Shown here in pieces: positions 35,601 through 50,200 of a stretch of DNA of 64,000 nucleotides. This DNA is from Octopus bimaculoides (taxonomy: Eukaryota): contig NC_068999.1 of NCBI RefSeq assembly GCF_001194135.2, positions 47,947,063 to 48,011,062 of the forward strand. Reading direction: 5' to 3'. The position numbers and the translations under genes were made by a program. The notes under the pieces are model-generated. The model had not been told where the DNA came from and made no database searches. It was given only the letters and a program-made list of their open reading frames with translations. Position 1 is the stretch's first letter. The number at the start of each line of letters is the position of its first letter.

Positions 35601-38600
35601 TGGCCTTATGATCATGAGCCAAATACCTTAACCACTAAACCATGTGCCTTCATTCTACATATAGCAGAAAGGAATAATAAAATAGTATTTAAAAGAAACT
35701 TAAAATCTTTCCTATTTTTCTACAGATTATCAACAACATTTTGCCCCGTTTAGCTCGGGAGAAAGTTGAAAAGTTACTATCAGAACTTCAAGATGGACAA
35801 TTTCAGCTGGAGTTCCAGCCTAGCAGCACAGAAGAATATGTGAAGAACCTTACATTTCTCAACCAAATTCAAGAAAGAGTTAGTATACTTTTCTTTATTC
35901 CTTTATTTCTTCCATCCCAAAGGCTGTGGCTTTGCTGGTGTACTGCCATTTAATTATACTAAATTATATTTTTCACAGAAAATGTTGTTTTATTTCATCA
36001 AAGTCAGACATTCTTCTATAATATATGAGAAATCAACAAAAGACAAATTTTGATTACACTGGACAACAAAATTTTTGCTACTATTAGATGAAATGTTGCT
36101 CATAGGTAATTTAGGAGTGCTGATTCCGAATCTGCAATCATTTTTGCTCTAGCATGTCACGTTTTTGCACAATCATTATTATACTGCTATCAAAATTACA
36201 ATAATGTGAAAATTCATGACAAATAAAATGAATGTTATGTTAAGCATAAATTATCGTTATTTGGTATAAAAACAATAGCAACTAGGTGGACAAGTAGCTC
36301 TAAAACCAATAAAACACAAAACAAAAGTGTAAAGTGAATATTATCAATTTTATGTTTTTTCAGAAATAGCTTAGGCATCTTCTTTTAGGCCTATGTTGCA
36401 TGTTCATTTCTTGTTTTAAAAACCAGCAGTAGTCCATCAGCATGTTTGGTATAAGTCTGTCACTGTAGTGGCTTTTTAGCTCTTTGATTTCTTGATGAAA
36501 TCGTTCACCATACTCATCGCTTACATCACCTATATTGGGTGGAAAAAAAGTCAAGATGAGAGTGGGTGGGGAAATGAATCTTTAGAGACATTCTTGCCCA
36601 AGTTGCTTATAAGCTTTCAAAAAAACATTCACATAATAAACTAAAATATAAAATTAATCAACTGTAAATGTTGCTGTAAAACATCAAAATGTATTTCTCA
36701 AAAAAAATCATTGAAATTATTATAGAATGTACTGAAGCTATGGCTATCACAAAACAATTTTTTCCATCTCTAAATTTCAAACACTGATCACTTTAGTAAA
36801 TAACTAAACTTACTACTAAACTACTTTTCATATATCCTGGCTCTCTTATTTGATGTACTTTGCTTTAACAGTACTAGCAGTTATAAAGAAAAGGGGGTCT
36901 GAGTGGCTTACTATAACCTAATATCAATAGCCTACTGTGAGGAGAACTTTACTATAATTACAGTGATAACAAAGTAAAATAAATTCTCATCTTGTGTGGC
37001 AATTTAACAGGTAACCTCCATTTCCTCCTATCAGCACTTATTTTTTTTCAGTGATGAGTATATGAATGAAAATCAAAAGAGAAAATAGCCTGCTACTTTG
37101 TCAATATTATCAATTGGTTGGAAAATCTGATGCTGTGAATAACTAAAAAACTACACATGTTGTCTGAATACTGATGTTAGATTCAGATTCAGCACCCTAA
37201 AATTACCCTAAATCAGCTGAAAAAGTTTAAATAGCATGATAAAAAAATTTTTTTGTTGCCCAGTGTTATTGAGATGGAGATGTAAATGATATAAATGTAT
37301 TTTATTCCAGATTGAACCTCTTGAGGATGAAGCTGTGTTTGTCAAACAGTTGTATGATTTGATTGATATATATGATGTTCAGACACCTCCAGAAGATTTA
37401 GCAGTTTATCAGGTAACTTAATTTTCATTTTTAATCCTATTTATAACATATTTGTAAGTTATTAATGCATCAATTCAAATGAAAATCTGGATTAAATCTC
37501 CTAATATGTAAAGAAATTTAATACATTTAGAAAATTCCAAACTAATAGGAATTATAAAGTTTATCCAAAAAGAAACTAGTCTTCATTTAAAAAGCAAATT
37601 CCTTGCTTTACTTACAGTTTAATCAGACTTGTTTCCTTAAAAAAAGAATGGTTCCTTCTACTCTTTACACACAGCCAATGCTGAAACTGACAATGCCGCC
37701 ACTACCGATGTTGCTGCCACTGTTGACGCTTGTGCCAACACCAACACTGACATCAACACTGCCATCCTCATTATTATTATCAATTAACACCTGTTCTCCA
37801 TGCTGGTGTGGGTTAGACAGTTTGACAGGTTTCTGTGCGCCATCCTTTTTTACTAGTTTCACTCATTGGACTGTGGTCATGCTGGAGCTCCACCTTGTCA
37901 TGCTCCAGTGCCAGCTTTGGCACAGTTTCTATGACTGGATGTCCTTCCTAACCCCAACTACTTTACAGAGTTTATTGGGTGCTTTTTCCATGCCACCAAC
38001 ACTAGAGAGCTTTCCAAGTACCTTGCAAGCCAGGAAAGGCAAGAGAAGGAAAAGGAAAAAATCCCCCTCAGTTAGGGAGTGATAGTATTTAAGAGTGGGG
38101 AAGAGATAGCTCTATGCTGGGTGTTGGTGTGATTAAAGTATGATAGAGGAATAGACACAGTTGTTTTTCTATAGTGAAGATACATGGCTACCCCACATTA
38201 GGTAAAAGAATAAAAGTCCTTCTTGAATTAAATAGACACATAGGGCTAAATTCACGGTGTCATATGTTCCCCATCTGCAAAAACGTTTGCAGAGTGGAAG
38301 ACACAAGTTAGCCGTTCAGAAACACACAGAGACTATTAACTTCACTTTAATCATTTAATTATGTCAAAATTTTTCCTTGCTTGAAAGTGTGACGTGGTCA
38401 TTGACATTTTGTTCCCAAAAAAGACATGATAATTTCTGTTTATTTTACTAGACCCTTTTGCCATCTATAAACACTGTGAGGGATTCAATCGATAAAGCTC
38501 TTGCGGACCGAGACAGCAATCTGAATCAGCTTTCAAATCATATTGATGAAGATATTACTGAACTTAATAAAGAAGTTAAAGAAACAAAGAAAATAGCAAT

Positions 38601-38820
38601 GGTAACATACGTTTTTATTTTTCTCCTTTTTTTTTTTGTATCATTAAAACTAATATACTTGTATACTTGTACCTTTAAAAATGACTCTGCTAATAGGTGT
38701 CAGAAGGCACAAAGTCTCAGAAAAGGCCCATGTAGCAAAGGAGTTAATGTCCGACAAACAGGAACATGAAACTCTGAGTAACAGTTTTTGTGATATTTTT
38801 GCTGCTTTTTTAATAAACCA

Positions 38821-38874
<54 letters not shown>

Positions 38875-38965
38875 GTTATATATATGAGGGAGGATGAGAG
38901 TAAGCACTGTCAGTCACTTATTCACTTTATTGTGACTGTACTTGTTGCCTATCAGTTCTAAATTG

Positions 38966-38999
<34 letters not shown>

Positions 39000-41003
39000 A
39001 GTCTTTGGGTCAAAGACTTAGTTGGGTTTCTGGGAAGAACCTGATATTCTGCTCATCTAACTGTTGGGAACATATTTGTATCAGAACAATAACAGAGTAA
39101 TAGTTGATATGAGAACTGTTCAGTGAAATATGAAACCATTTAAAACTATTGTTACATTGGTGTCTTTTTTATCAACCAGTTGCTAATGTCTATCTTGGGG
39201 TACTTTAGCAGACTATTTTGTAATGATTATTTTTAAATAAATAAAGTACAATTAAATAAAGAATAAAAAAATATCTACTTATTTCAAATTATTCTTTTTC
39301 AGGATCAAATGCTTTTAAATGTTGAATCTGAAAAAGAAAAGGTTAAAAGTACATTGAAAAAACTATTGACAGAGATGGCTTCATTACAGAACAGAGCATC
39401 GGTTTATAAATCTTATCAGAAAGACTTTAATGTAAGTAAAATTGAAATAATCACAATGAAATGAAAGCAATAAGATACAATAAACTTCCTTCTAATTTTG
39501 GCACAAGGCCTGCAATTTTGAGGGAGGGTGTCAGTCAATTAGATCAATGCCAGGACTTGACTGGCACTTATTTTTATCAGGCCTGAAAGAATGAAAGGTA
39601 AAGTCAATCTCTACAGCTCATGGATTCAGCCCTTAAATTGTTGGAGGAAATGCCACCAAGAATTTTGTCCCATGTGCTAATGATTCTGCTTTCTTGCCTC
39701 CTTAATAAAATATAATAAATAAATTAAATAAAATGTTAATGAGAGTGTGACTGGAAATTCAAAAAATGTAATACATTTTATTATTAATAATGAATTAATG
39801 GAAAATATGGGAATTAATCGAATCAGTACACGACTTGAAATTTAATGATTGACCAACATTTTTCAAGATAATATTAAGTACGATGAAGGCAGCAATCTGG
39901 CAGAACTGGGGCAAAATGCTTGGCAGCGTTTTGTCTGTCTCTGTTCTGAGTTCAAATTCTACTGAGGTCAACTCTGCCTTTTACCTTTTCAGGGGTGATA
40001 AAGTAAGTATCAGTTGGACATTGGGGTTGTTATAATCAACTTACCCTTCCCCTCAAATTGCTGGCCTTGCACCAAAATTTGAAACATGGGAGCATGTGCT
40101 GTAACAGTGCATTACATCCACCATTTGGCAGTGATTCCCTACACCTGGTAGATGACCGCTTTGCACCACTTTAGTGACAACCTTCAAATCCATGGGTCTG
40201 TTAGGGTAGACATTGCTGGTGAGGGTTTTCCAAGACTGGAGTGCAAACCCTGCCCCTCAGTCACTTTTAGTCACCTTTTACAACATGCAGAGGAGGAAAC
40301 GTTGAGTCTGTGCTTTGACATGCCAGTCCCCACACAGCACCACCAGAGCAGCAGGAAATGAAGTGTTTTGCTCATAAACACAACCGAAAGTGTAGTGGGT
40401 GCTTTTACGTGCCACCGGCACGAGGGCTTGCCAGTACCACCTGACTGGCCCTTATGCCGGTGGCACATAAAAGCACCCACTACACTCTCAGAGTGGTTGG
40501 CGTTAGGAAGGGAATCCAGCTGTAGAAATTCTGCCAGATCAGATCAGAGCCTTGTGCAGCCATCTGGTTTCACCGGTCCTCAGTCAAATCGTCCAACCCA
40601 TGCCAACATGGAAAGCAGATGTTAAATGATTATGACTGCCTAGTCCAGGAATTGAACCTACAATCTGGCAATTGTAAGTGCAACACCCTAACCACCTGGC
40701 CATGTGCCATCACATTTAGGTCAACTCTTTATTAAAAATTCCACTGTTTTTTTAAGATCACAATCAAGTAATGGAGATGTATTTTAACATTTTAATCATA
40801 GCTTGAAGTCACAAAGTTTGAAGAATTGGATGAAGTTTATTCAGAACTAAAAATGAAAGACCTTTTGTGGAGATCATTTGATGATTGGGAAAATCATGTT
40901 GAAACATGGAACAGTGTGAGTAATATTTTATTTTTGAGTTTATGTCTTTTGCTTATATTCCAACTTCCACAAGAATGATTTATATATTTGAAAATTTTCA
41001 TCA

Positions 41004-41035
<32 letters not shown>

Positions 41036-44000
41036 CGTGTTGATTTTGAATTCATTATTCATTATTGACCTACCTGCCTATATACATATATACTGACAGA
41101 CAGAAATGATTGATAGAAAATTGAATTAATGACATTCTTTATTTAAAATCAGTACAATCGTTTTGACATTTTTACACCTTTAATAGATAGGTGAAATGTT
41201 GTGCAATCATTATCTTATGTCCAAGATGTAAAATGCAGCTCCTCAGTTGATTGCTTAAATAAGTTCTTTGTTAGATCCTCTTGCCAGTTCACTCAGTGTG
41301 ATAATGCATACCCAAAGTGATGTGCCATTCCCAGCAATTTATAGGCAAATAACCAAACTCTTTGATCTATATATATATATATATAAATATATTACATCAG
41401 TATACACACAAGCAAAAGCATATACCCACATGTGCAATTTCAGTTGAAATCCCACCAAGGTAAACTTTACCTTTTATCCTTTTGAAGGTTGGCAAACAAA
41501 GTACCAGTCTAGTCTGTACCAGTAGGTAGGCAGAATTCTTAGACTGATAGCATGCTTTACAGAATTTATTCCAGTTTTGCATTCTGTGAGCTGACAGAAT
41601 CATTATCATGCCAGGTGAAATCCTTAGCGATATTTCGTTCATCTTCATATTCATCATCATCATCATCATCGTTTAATGTCCACCTTCCATGCATGCATGG
41701 GTAGGATGGTTCACAGGAGCTCTGCCAGGTAGAAAAACTACCCTATGCTACTGTGTCTGTTTTGGCAGGGTTTTCATGGCCGGATGCCCTAACACCAACC
41801 ACTCTGCAGAGTGGACTCAGTGCTTTTTACACTCCACCGAGGTTGACTTTGCCATTCATCCTTTCGGGGTCAATAAAATAAGTACTAGTTGAGTACTAGG
41901 GTCAATATAATCCCTGAAATTGCTGGCTTTGTGCCAAAATTTAATGTTGTATATTTCAAAAACCTATGTACTATTAATAATGTTAATTTCTTTCCAGGCA
42001 TTATTCGAAACCTTAGAGCCTGATCTTATGATTTCCACAACGTCGAGATACCTGAAAACTGTGACTATGTTAGAGAAAGGGCTTCCTCCAAATACTGTCG
42101 TACCAGTGTTAAGAAACCAAGTGGAAGATATTAAAGAAAAGGTTAAAACCCTTTTATAAATACTGTTCTTTCATAATTTCTGTAGAGCTAAATATTGAGT
42201 ATTAACACAATTGTCTAAGAAGAGAATTTACTTCAGTGAAATGCAGTTTGAATTTGTTCCAAGTTTGAGTACTTGTGATGCTTTCTTCATAGTCAAACAA
42301 CTACAAGGGAAATTTTTAGCCAAGGATAAGGTTTTCTAGATAGTATTTTATGATCTAGATAAAGCCTTCGACAGAGTAGCATGATCTACAGTCTGGTGGT
42401 TTTCAAGCAAAGTAGGTGTAGATGAGTTGTTGGTGATAGCAGTGTAAGCTATGTACAGAGATGCAGTGCAAATAGGTGACCTGCAAGGCTTGGTCCTCAT
42501 GCTTCTCCAAATCATAGTAGAACATTTTTAGAATGGTTGCCTATAGGAACTCCTTTATAATGTTGATATAGTCCATATAGCAGAAACAGAGAAGAAATCC
42601 CAGATGTGAAAGCAAAATCTAAAAGTCTGTGAGTAAACAGAATAAAGGCTAAAGTTTTAGTCTATAGGGAAAAAAAAAAGGACTTTTCTACTGTCTAGGA
42701 AATGGTCATGATTGATATCCAGAAAAAGAAGTATGTAGACATTCTATACAGTGTACTTAATGTGATCTACAAGAGGGTGCTGAAAAGTTTCTGGTTTTGG
42801 GTAAAAGAAAATACAGGAGGATCAATTAGTTATGATTTTATTCAACAGATTCCCCTCTCAGATTTACACACTTACCACTGTAGTTCTTCAATTTTTCTAA
42901 GCTCTGTAAAAGAATTTGGATGGTTGGGCCTCTGACCAGGCCTTTTGTGATACTCTTAAAGCCAAGAACTTTTCAGCACTCCCTCGTATGGGTGTACAAG
43001 GGATTTAGTGCAGTCAAAGACAGTGAATAAAATATACAGGAGTAATCCACTGAATCACCTGTGAAATATATTTCCTGTAATACTTAGAAGGGAATTAGTT
43101 GATCACTTCTGTTAACTAGGTAACTTAATTTACTGTGAAGGAGGGTCTTCTGAAATACAGTAATCAGAACTATTTTGTTTAAGGTCATATAAATTAATTA
43201 GATAATTTTTTTTTTTTACAGTTGCCAATTGTTACCCATCTGAGAAATTGTAACTTGAAGCCACGACACTGGGAAAAGCTAGAAAACATTTTAGACTGCA
43301 AACTTCAGGATGGAGACGAGTTGACTCTACGTAAACTAACAGAGATGAAGGCAGACCAATATATTGCTCAGTTTGAAGAAATATCAAGCCAAGCAACAGC
43401 AGAGTACAATCTAGAATTGATACTGAAAAAGGTAAGAATCATTATCATCAGTCGCTTTCCATGCTGGCATGGGTTGGACAGTTTAACTGCGGACTGGTGA
43501 GGTTCATAAATTATGTTTTCAATTCTTTAAGGTTGAAGAATCCTGGAAATCTGTTGAGCTGACAGTTTTATCATACAAAGACTACAAGGATACATATATC
43601 TTAGGTGGAACTGACGATATTCAACAACTATGGGAAGATAGCAATATCAACATTACTACAATTAGCAGTTCTAAATACGTGGGTCCTATCAAGAGTCGCG
43701 TTGAAGAATGGCAAAGACAGATGGAACTTTTTGGGAAAACACTTGTAAGTAATTTTGTTTCCGTATTTGGTTTGCAAGATTCTTGATGTGAATTTATGCA
43801 TTAAAACAGATTTCGTTGTATCTTGGGAGCATCATAATGCCAATAATAAACACATGCACTGGTTCTATTTCACTTCTTTATTGTTCATTGTCAATTGGTC
43901 AACTTTGGGCTATAGTAGATGACACTTGCCTAGAACCAAGTAGTTGCTAAGTAAGCTTCTGTGAGGTCAAGAATTTTGGTTATAAAGCAAAATTTTTGCT

Positions 44001-44134
44001 TTATAACCACTCAGTTCTTTGCTGTGCCTCTGAGTGGCACCTTCAGCAAGTGTCTTCTGCTATAGCTCTGGGCTGACCAATACCTTTTGAGTGAATTTGG
44101 TGGACAGAAGCTTTGTGTGTGTATGTGTGTGTGT

Positions 44135-44219
<85 letters not shown>

Positions 44220-47200
44220 TGTGTGTGTGTGTGTGTAAATCTGCATGTGTGTATGTATGAGTTTTTTTAATGTCAGTACCCCAGCTTGGCCACAGCCTCA
44301 GCCTGAAACTGATAATAGAATAAGAATTATTGGATTAATTTGTTTAGTTTGTAGATTCTTACAATGAAACACCTAAGTGATTGCTTTAAAGAAATTAACA
44401 TTCCTAATAATATATTTTAAGATAAGCATGATCTTCAATCGTTGGGCCCCATGGAGGCAATGACAAGTGATTGAAACTTTTGGTGATATTCTGTACTTGA
44501 GAAGACTTGTCAAGCTAAGTGAAACTGTTGTGGCTGATGTTAGTGTCACATGACTGACAGCCATGAAAGCACCCATTACCCTCTTGGAGTAGTCAAAGTT
44601 AAGAAGGGCATCCAGCCATAGAAACTGTGCTAAACCAGACTGGAATCTGGTGTAGCTCTTTAGATTGCCAATTCCAGTCAAATCGTCTAACCCAGCATGG
44701 AAAGTAGATGCTAAATGACGATGATGATGATAATGGTGACGATGATGACGACGACGATGATGATGATGATGATCTAAACAATGTTTCAATTATTGTAAAA
44801 GAATATGTTTTCTTTTATGATTCTGTATTTTATTTAGGATGAATGGTTACTCTGTCAGAGAAGTTGGCTATATTTGGAAAGCGTCTTTAATGCAGCAGAC
44901 ATACAGCGGCAGTTGCCATCTGAGGATCGTATGTTCCGACAAGTAGATAAATCATATAAAGACATAATGAGAAAGGTTCAAAAAGTTCCTCTTGCAATGA
45001 GAGCTGTTACACAACCTGGTAAGAAGGCATTGGTTTTATCTAATAAGAAATAATTTAATACAATTGCAGCAGGCAAGGCATATATTAGTCATTGAAAAAC
45101 AAACAAAAATTATTATCTTCGCTTAAACAGTTATTATTTAATGTGAAAATTTATAATGGTAAATGTTTAAGTCAAGTTAACAATTTTTGTGTGTTTTCAA
45201 AGGAAAATCTTCTATCTTCCATGCAGCACACAAAACAAAGATGGAATTATTTTTCATGTTAATTCAAATAACACTGGAAAGCATTGAAATAAAGAGACAA
45301 AAGCAAACAAATTTATCCAACAACCCAGTAGTCAGCTGCTGTCTCTGGTTGTCATGCCTTACATAGCATAAAAATCATTTTTGGAGGGAGGCAAAACAAG
45401 CAGATGTAGACATGTACTGGGTCAAAGCTGTGCAGGTAAATTATTGCATGGATAGGGTCTGAAAAGACAGAATGGTTCAATTAAATAATCCATGCTGAAG
45501 TAAATTGTTATATAAAGAAACAGGAAATTTTAAGCTCCATACTTTTTGGTTATTTATTGTATTACCATTATTTAAAAATATTTCTCTGTTCCAGGGTTAC
45601 TAGAAACTTTTCAAATGAACAATTCTTTTCTGGATGCAATTCACAAATGTTTAGAGACTTATCTAGAGTCCAAACGGATGGTGTTTCCAAGGTCAGTTTG
45701 TATTAATGATTTAGTTCCTGAAAAAGAATATTAAATTGTGTTGTGTCTGGGGAGAGTCATTCTCTTTTGGTGCCTTATAATTTAACACACTCACCAGTAA
45801 AATTTCCACTTATTTCTTTTTTTTTTAAAGATTGCAAGATGCAACGAAAATTTTAGGAAAATAAAAAAGAAAGAAGTGGAAATTTTACTGGTGCTAATTC
45901 TATCATAATTTTTCAAAAATTCTTTCAGATTTTACTTTTTGTCCAATGATGAACTGCTTGAAATCTTGTCTCAAACCAAAAATGTTCAAGCTGTACAACG
46001 GCATCTGCTGAAATGCTTCAATGCAAAGCTTGAATTTAAAGAAATTGCACAGTCAGAAAATGCAGATGAACTGGGTTGGTATATTTGTGTTTATTCATTG
46101 ACATTATTTGGTCAAAGATAATGTCCAAAAATTTACTTTTGATTGGTAGAGTTATTTTTTTTTTTGTGTGCTACTCTTTAAGTCGCCTTTAACTTTCTTC
46201 ATATTAAAGACTTGGGTTCCAAATAAGGGATCCCAATCAGAAGCAACATGCTGCCATTGGATACTTGACAAAAGAAAGGTGCAGTCTGTCCAATATCTAT
46301 AGAGGGTTGTTTACATAGATGACAGCATTGACAAGAATAATGAGTACAGGTGGATGAAGAAGTTTAAAGATAGAGGAACCAGCATTGCAGTAGAAGACCA
46401 TCAGCTGTGACCACTGACACAAATCACCAGCAAGTAGATGTCTTGATTTACATGGACAGAAGAGTCATGATCCATGAGATTTTTGTGCAACTGAATTGTG
46501 ATCACAGTGCATTCCAGAAGATAATCGAAGACGACTCTGGGTATCAGAAAGTGTTTGCAAATTGGGTATCTTGGTAGTTGGTGCCTGATTTGCAGGAGTG
46601 AAGTGGGGGACTTTGCTCTGATCTGCTGGAAACATTTGAAGCTAATGAGAAATCTTCAGATTTTTCAATATGCTAGGCCACTGGTTTTAAATTGATACTA
46701 ATCAAATTAATATTCAATTTTTCATCCTTATTATTTAAATTTATATATGTGCGGGTGACACATAAAAGCACCCACTATACTCTCTGAGTGGTTGGCGTTA
46801 GGAAGGGCATCCAGCTGTAGAAACTCTGCCAAATTAGATTGGAGCCTGGTGTAGCCATCCGGTTGCACCAGTCCTCAGTCAAATCGTCCAACCCATGCTA
46901 GCATGGAAAGCGGATGTTAAACGATGATGATGATGATGATGATATAATCGTCCAGCCCATGCTAGCATGGAAAGCGGACGTTAAACAACGATGATGATAT
47001 ATATATATATATATANNNNNNNNNNNNNNNNNNNNNNNNNNNNNNNNTGTATATATATATATATTTATATATTTGTGTGTTTTTGTCCACCCCCCACTAT
47101 TGCTTGACTACTGATGTTGGTATGTTTACATGCCTGTAACTTAGCAGTCTGGCAAACAAGACCGACAGAATAAGTACTAGGCTTACAAAGAATAAATCCT

Positions 47201-50200
47201 GGAGTCAAACTGTTTGACTAAAACCCCTTGAGGTGGTGCTCCAGCATGGCCGCAGTCAAATGACTGAAATAAATAAAAGAATAAAAGAATAAAAGAATAA
47301 AAGAATACATTGTACAAAATTAGTTACAAAATGTCATATTCATACGAGCACATCTTACTAATGAATTCCTTCCTAATTATGCATAATTGAAACATCTAAA
47401 ATACATTACTAGAAAGTAATTTTCACCCTTTTTCATTTCACAGAAATAGAAGACAAACTTGCCATTCAATACAGCAATGAGATTATCGGAATGATATCTC
47501 CAGAAGGAGAAAAAGTTGGTTTGGGAAAAGTAAGATTTTCTTTATTTTTATGTCTCTTATAAAAATGAGACAAGAACTAAGGAACCATAATCCTCCAGTA
47601 GCAACTGACAGCTTGAAGTGGATAATCCAGGATTATTCGTGGTGTTTTGTTGTGCATATGTATGTAATTCTGCACTCTTCAGTGATGGCAGCTATGAAAT
47701 GAAATATATATATATATGTATACATACATTGTATATATATATTGTATATGTTGCTGTCATTCTTAATATAAATATTGTTATTAAATTTTAAGTAAAAATT
47801 TCCTTTTACAAAAAAGTTTGACTATTTCATGACATTTGAATATAACATTTTTATATGTTTATCTCTTGAAAGGGATTGAAATCACGTGGAAATGTGGAAG
47901 AATGGCTTGGAAAAGTAGAAGAAGCTATGTTTTTGAATATTCGTAAATTATTAAAATCTGCAATGCTGGAATATCACGAGTGTAACTATGAACAATGGGT
48001 CTTGTTAAACATACAGCAAGTAGGTACAACCACTTCATATTTTATTTATTAAATTACAAGGGTATGGATGCTCTTTACATGTCACCGGAAGGGTTCCTTT
48101 TATGTGTCACTGGCACATGTCACCAGCTCAGGCCATGATTTCACTTAGCTTGACGTGTCTTCTCAAGCACAGCAAATCACCAGAAATCTCAGTCACTTGT
48201 CATTATTTCTGAGAGACTCAACAACCAAAGATGATATTTCACCACCTCATCCCTACGTCTACCCCATTCACAGGTTCCCTCCACAAATAGAGACCAGTTC
48301 TTATTTACATGGCTGTCCTCATCAATACGCATCACATGACCATACCAGCGCAGTCTTCTCCCTTGCACATTGTCCCAGTTTGCTTTATTACTATTGGTGG
48401 CAAACAGGTAGAACTGTTAGAATGGAGATAAAAAGGCTTTGCAATATTTCTTCCAATCTATTACATTCTCACATCATATTCCACCAAGGTTGACTTTGCC
48501 TTTCATCCCTTTGGGCTCGATAAAATAAGTACCAATTGGGTGATAATGTCAACACAATCAACTCACCCACTCACCCAAATTTCCTGGCTTTGTATCAAAA
48601 TTTAAACTGATTTTCCTGAATCTCTCTACCAAATACCAGTGCTAGTGGCTCCCCAGACTTCTGGTTACTTCCCAAGTATTTCGTCTAAGGTTTACCTCAA
48701 GATCTCAGCATCAGGCACCTTTTTTATACCTCATTTTAAAATCTCTCAGTATTCTAAATATTTAATTCTTATTAGTTTTGATTTATATATTTATAGTTTA
48801 TAATTTCAGAAGTCCTTTTTAATAGAAGGATTATTGTATATCTATAAATGTTTTATTGCATGTATCTTTACTTATTTGCAGGTGACACTGACCATCTCCC
48901 AAATTATATGGTGCCGTTGTCTGACTCATATTCTTGCAGAAAATGCTAATGTGAGAGAGAAACTGAAAGTATTTGAAGAGACTTGTTTCAAAGTAATGAT
49001 TTTATTTAAAAATCTTTAAGTTGAAGTGCATTTTGACACAAAACCTTTTGAATAAAATTAGTGAGTGGAAGAATTTCTAGTTAAAGATAGAGATTAAAAC
49101 AAATAGTTAGCACTTCAAAAAGCTGTTACATCAGCTTACACATAAACAATTCCATATCTTAATAACTTAAATCACAAGGAATTTTCTGTCCCTGCTACAT
49201 ATCTTTCTCCTTTTATATGTCAGCAATAAAGATGTAACTACTTTAGCTGCTGTATGTTTTGTATAGGCCCAACAAACCATCAGTCCCAAATGTAACCAGC
49301 ATTATGATTTGTTTTCATTGTCATCATCATTTGCTTTGTTGTGAGACAAATTGGGTAGGAGAATTTTATGTCTTATCCTGCTGAAACATTCAGTTCTTTA
49401 GCTGAGAGACCAATGTCTTATTCACTCAAACATTGCATCTTCTCTTTAAATCATTAGGCTTTTGGCCTTAGGTCCTCCTGCATTGCTCAGCACATTGGGC
49501 AGCAAGCTCCTTCACTGAGTTCAGTCAGTTGTTAGCCTTAATATTCATTCAATGTCATGTTGATTGTCTTTAGGTCATCTTAAAATGTCTGCTGGCAAAT
49601 AATCTTCAGCCTACTTCTCTTATGCCTGTCATCAGTTAATACTCAAGTGATAACTGTTTTCGAGTGTCATTGATTGGTTAGACAGAGAGTGTGACCAGCC
49701 AGGTGGAATCAACACTATGCTACAATCACTTGCAGCGGTTGCAACTTTGCTCTTCACAGAATCTCCTTATTTAAACGATTACTTGATCTTAATTTCTTAT
49801 GATCAGAATTATTTATGATCTGTAAGAACTTTCAGTTTATCCTTTTGCAGTTCCATTTTATTATCATTCCCAAAATGTTTAATTTTTAAAATGATTTTTT
49901 TTCTCTTCAGCCCTTTAATATTTATGCTATCTATATCCAGCCCAAATGTTCTACCCCTTTTATGTTCAAGCTGACCATATCCAGCTTCTCACACCTACCC
50001 TGCAATGTCATTGTAAAAATAAACAATTGCCATCATCAAAATCTCAAAGCTACAGGATTAATTAATGATTAATTCAAGACAATGTGAATAAACAAGCATT
50101 ACACTTGACAGAGTAATTTGGATATGAAAGGGTTGACTGATTCTTCCAAAGAATTTATGTACAATATTTTCATTTCTTCACAGAATTTGAACAAACTTGC

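Noticed and set aside
37603-38082. 159-aa intronic ORF (possible nested gene)
   Set aside because: TTG start, low-complexity first half and a second half made of SINE A and C fragments.
46880-46995. Tandem duplication of the SINE C 3' end; also the SINE A dimer at 58870-59060
   Set aside because: Ordinary retroposition or slippage by-products. No spacer-repeat architecture, so not CRISPR-like.
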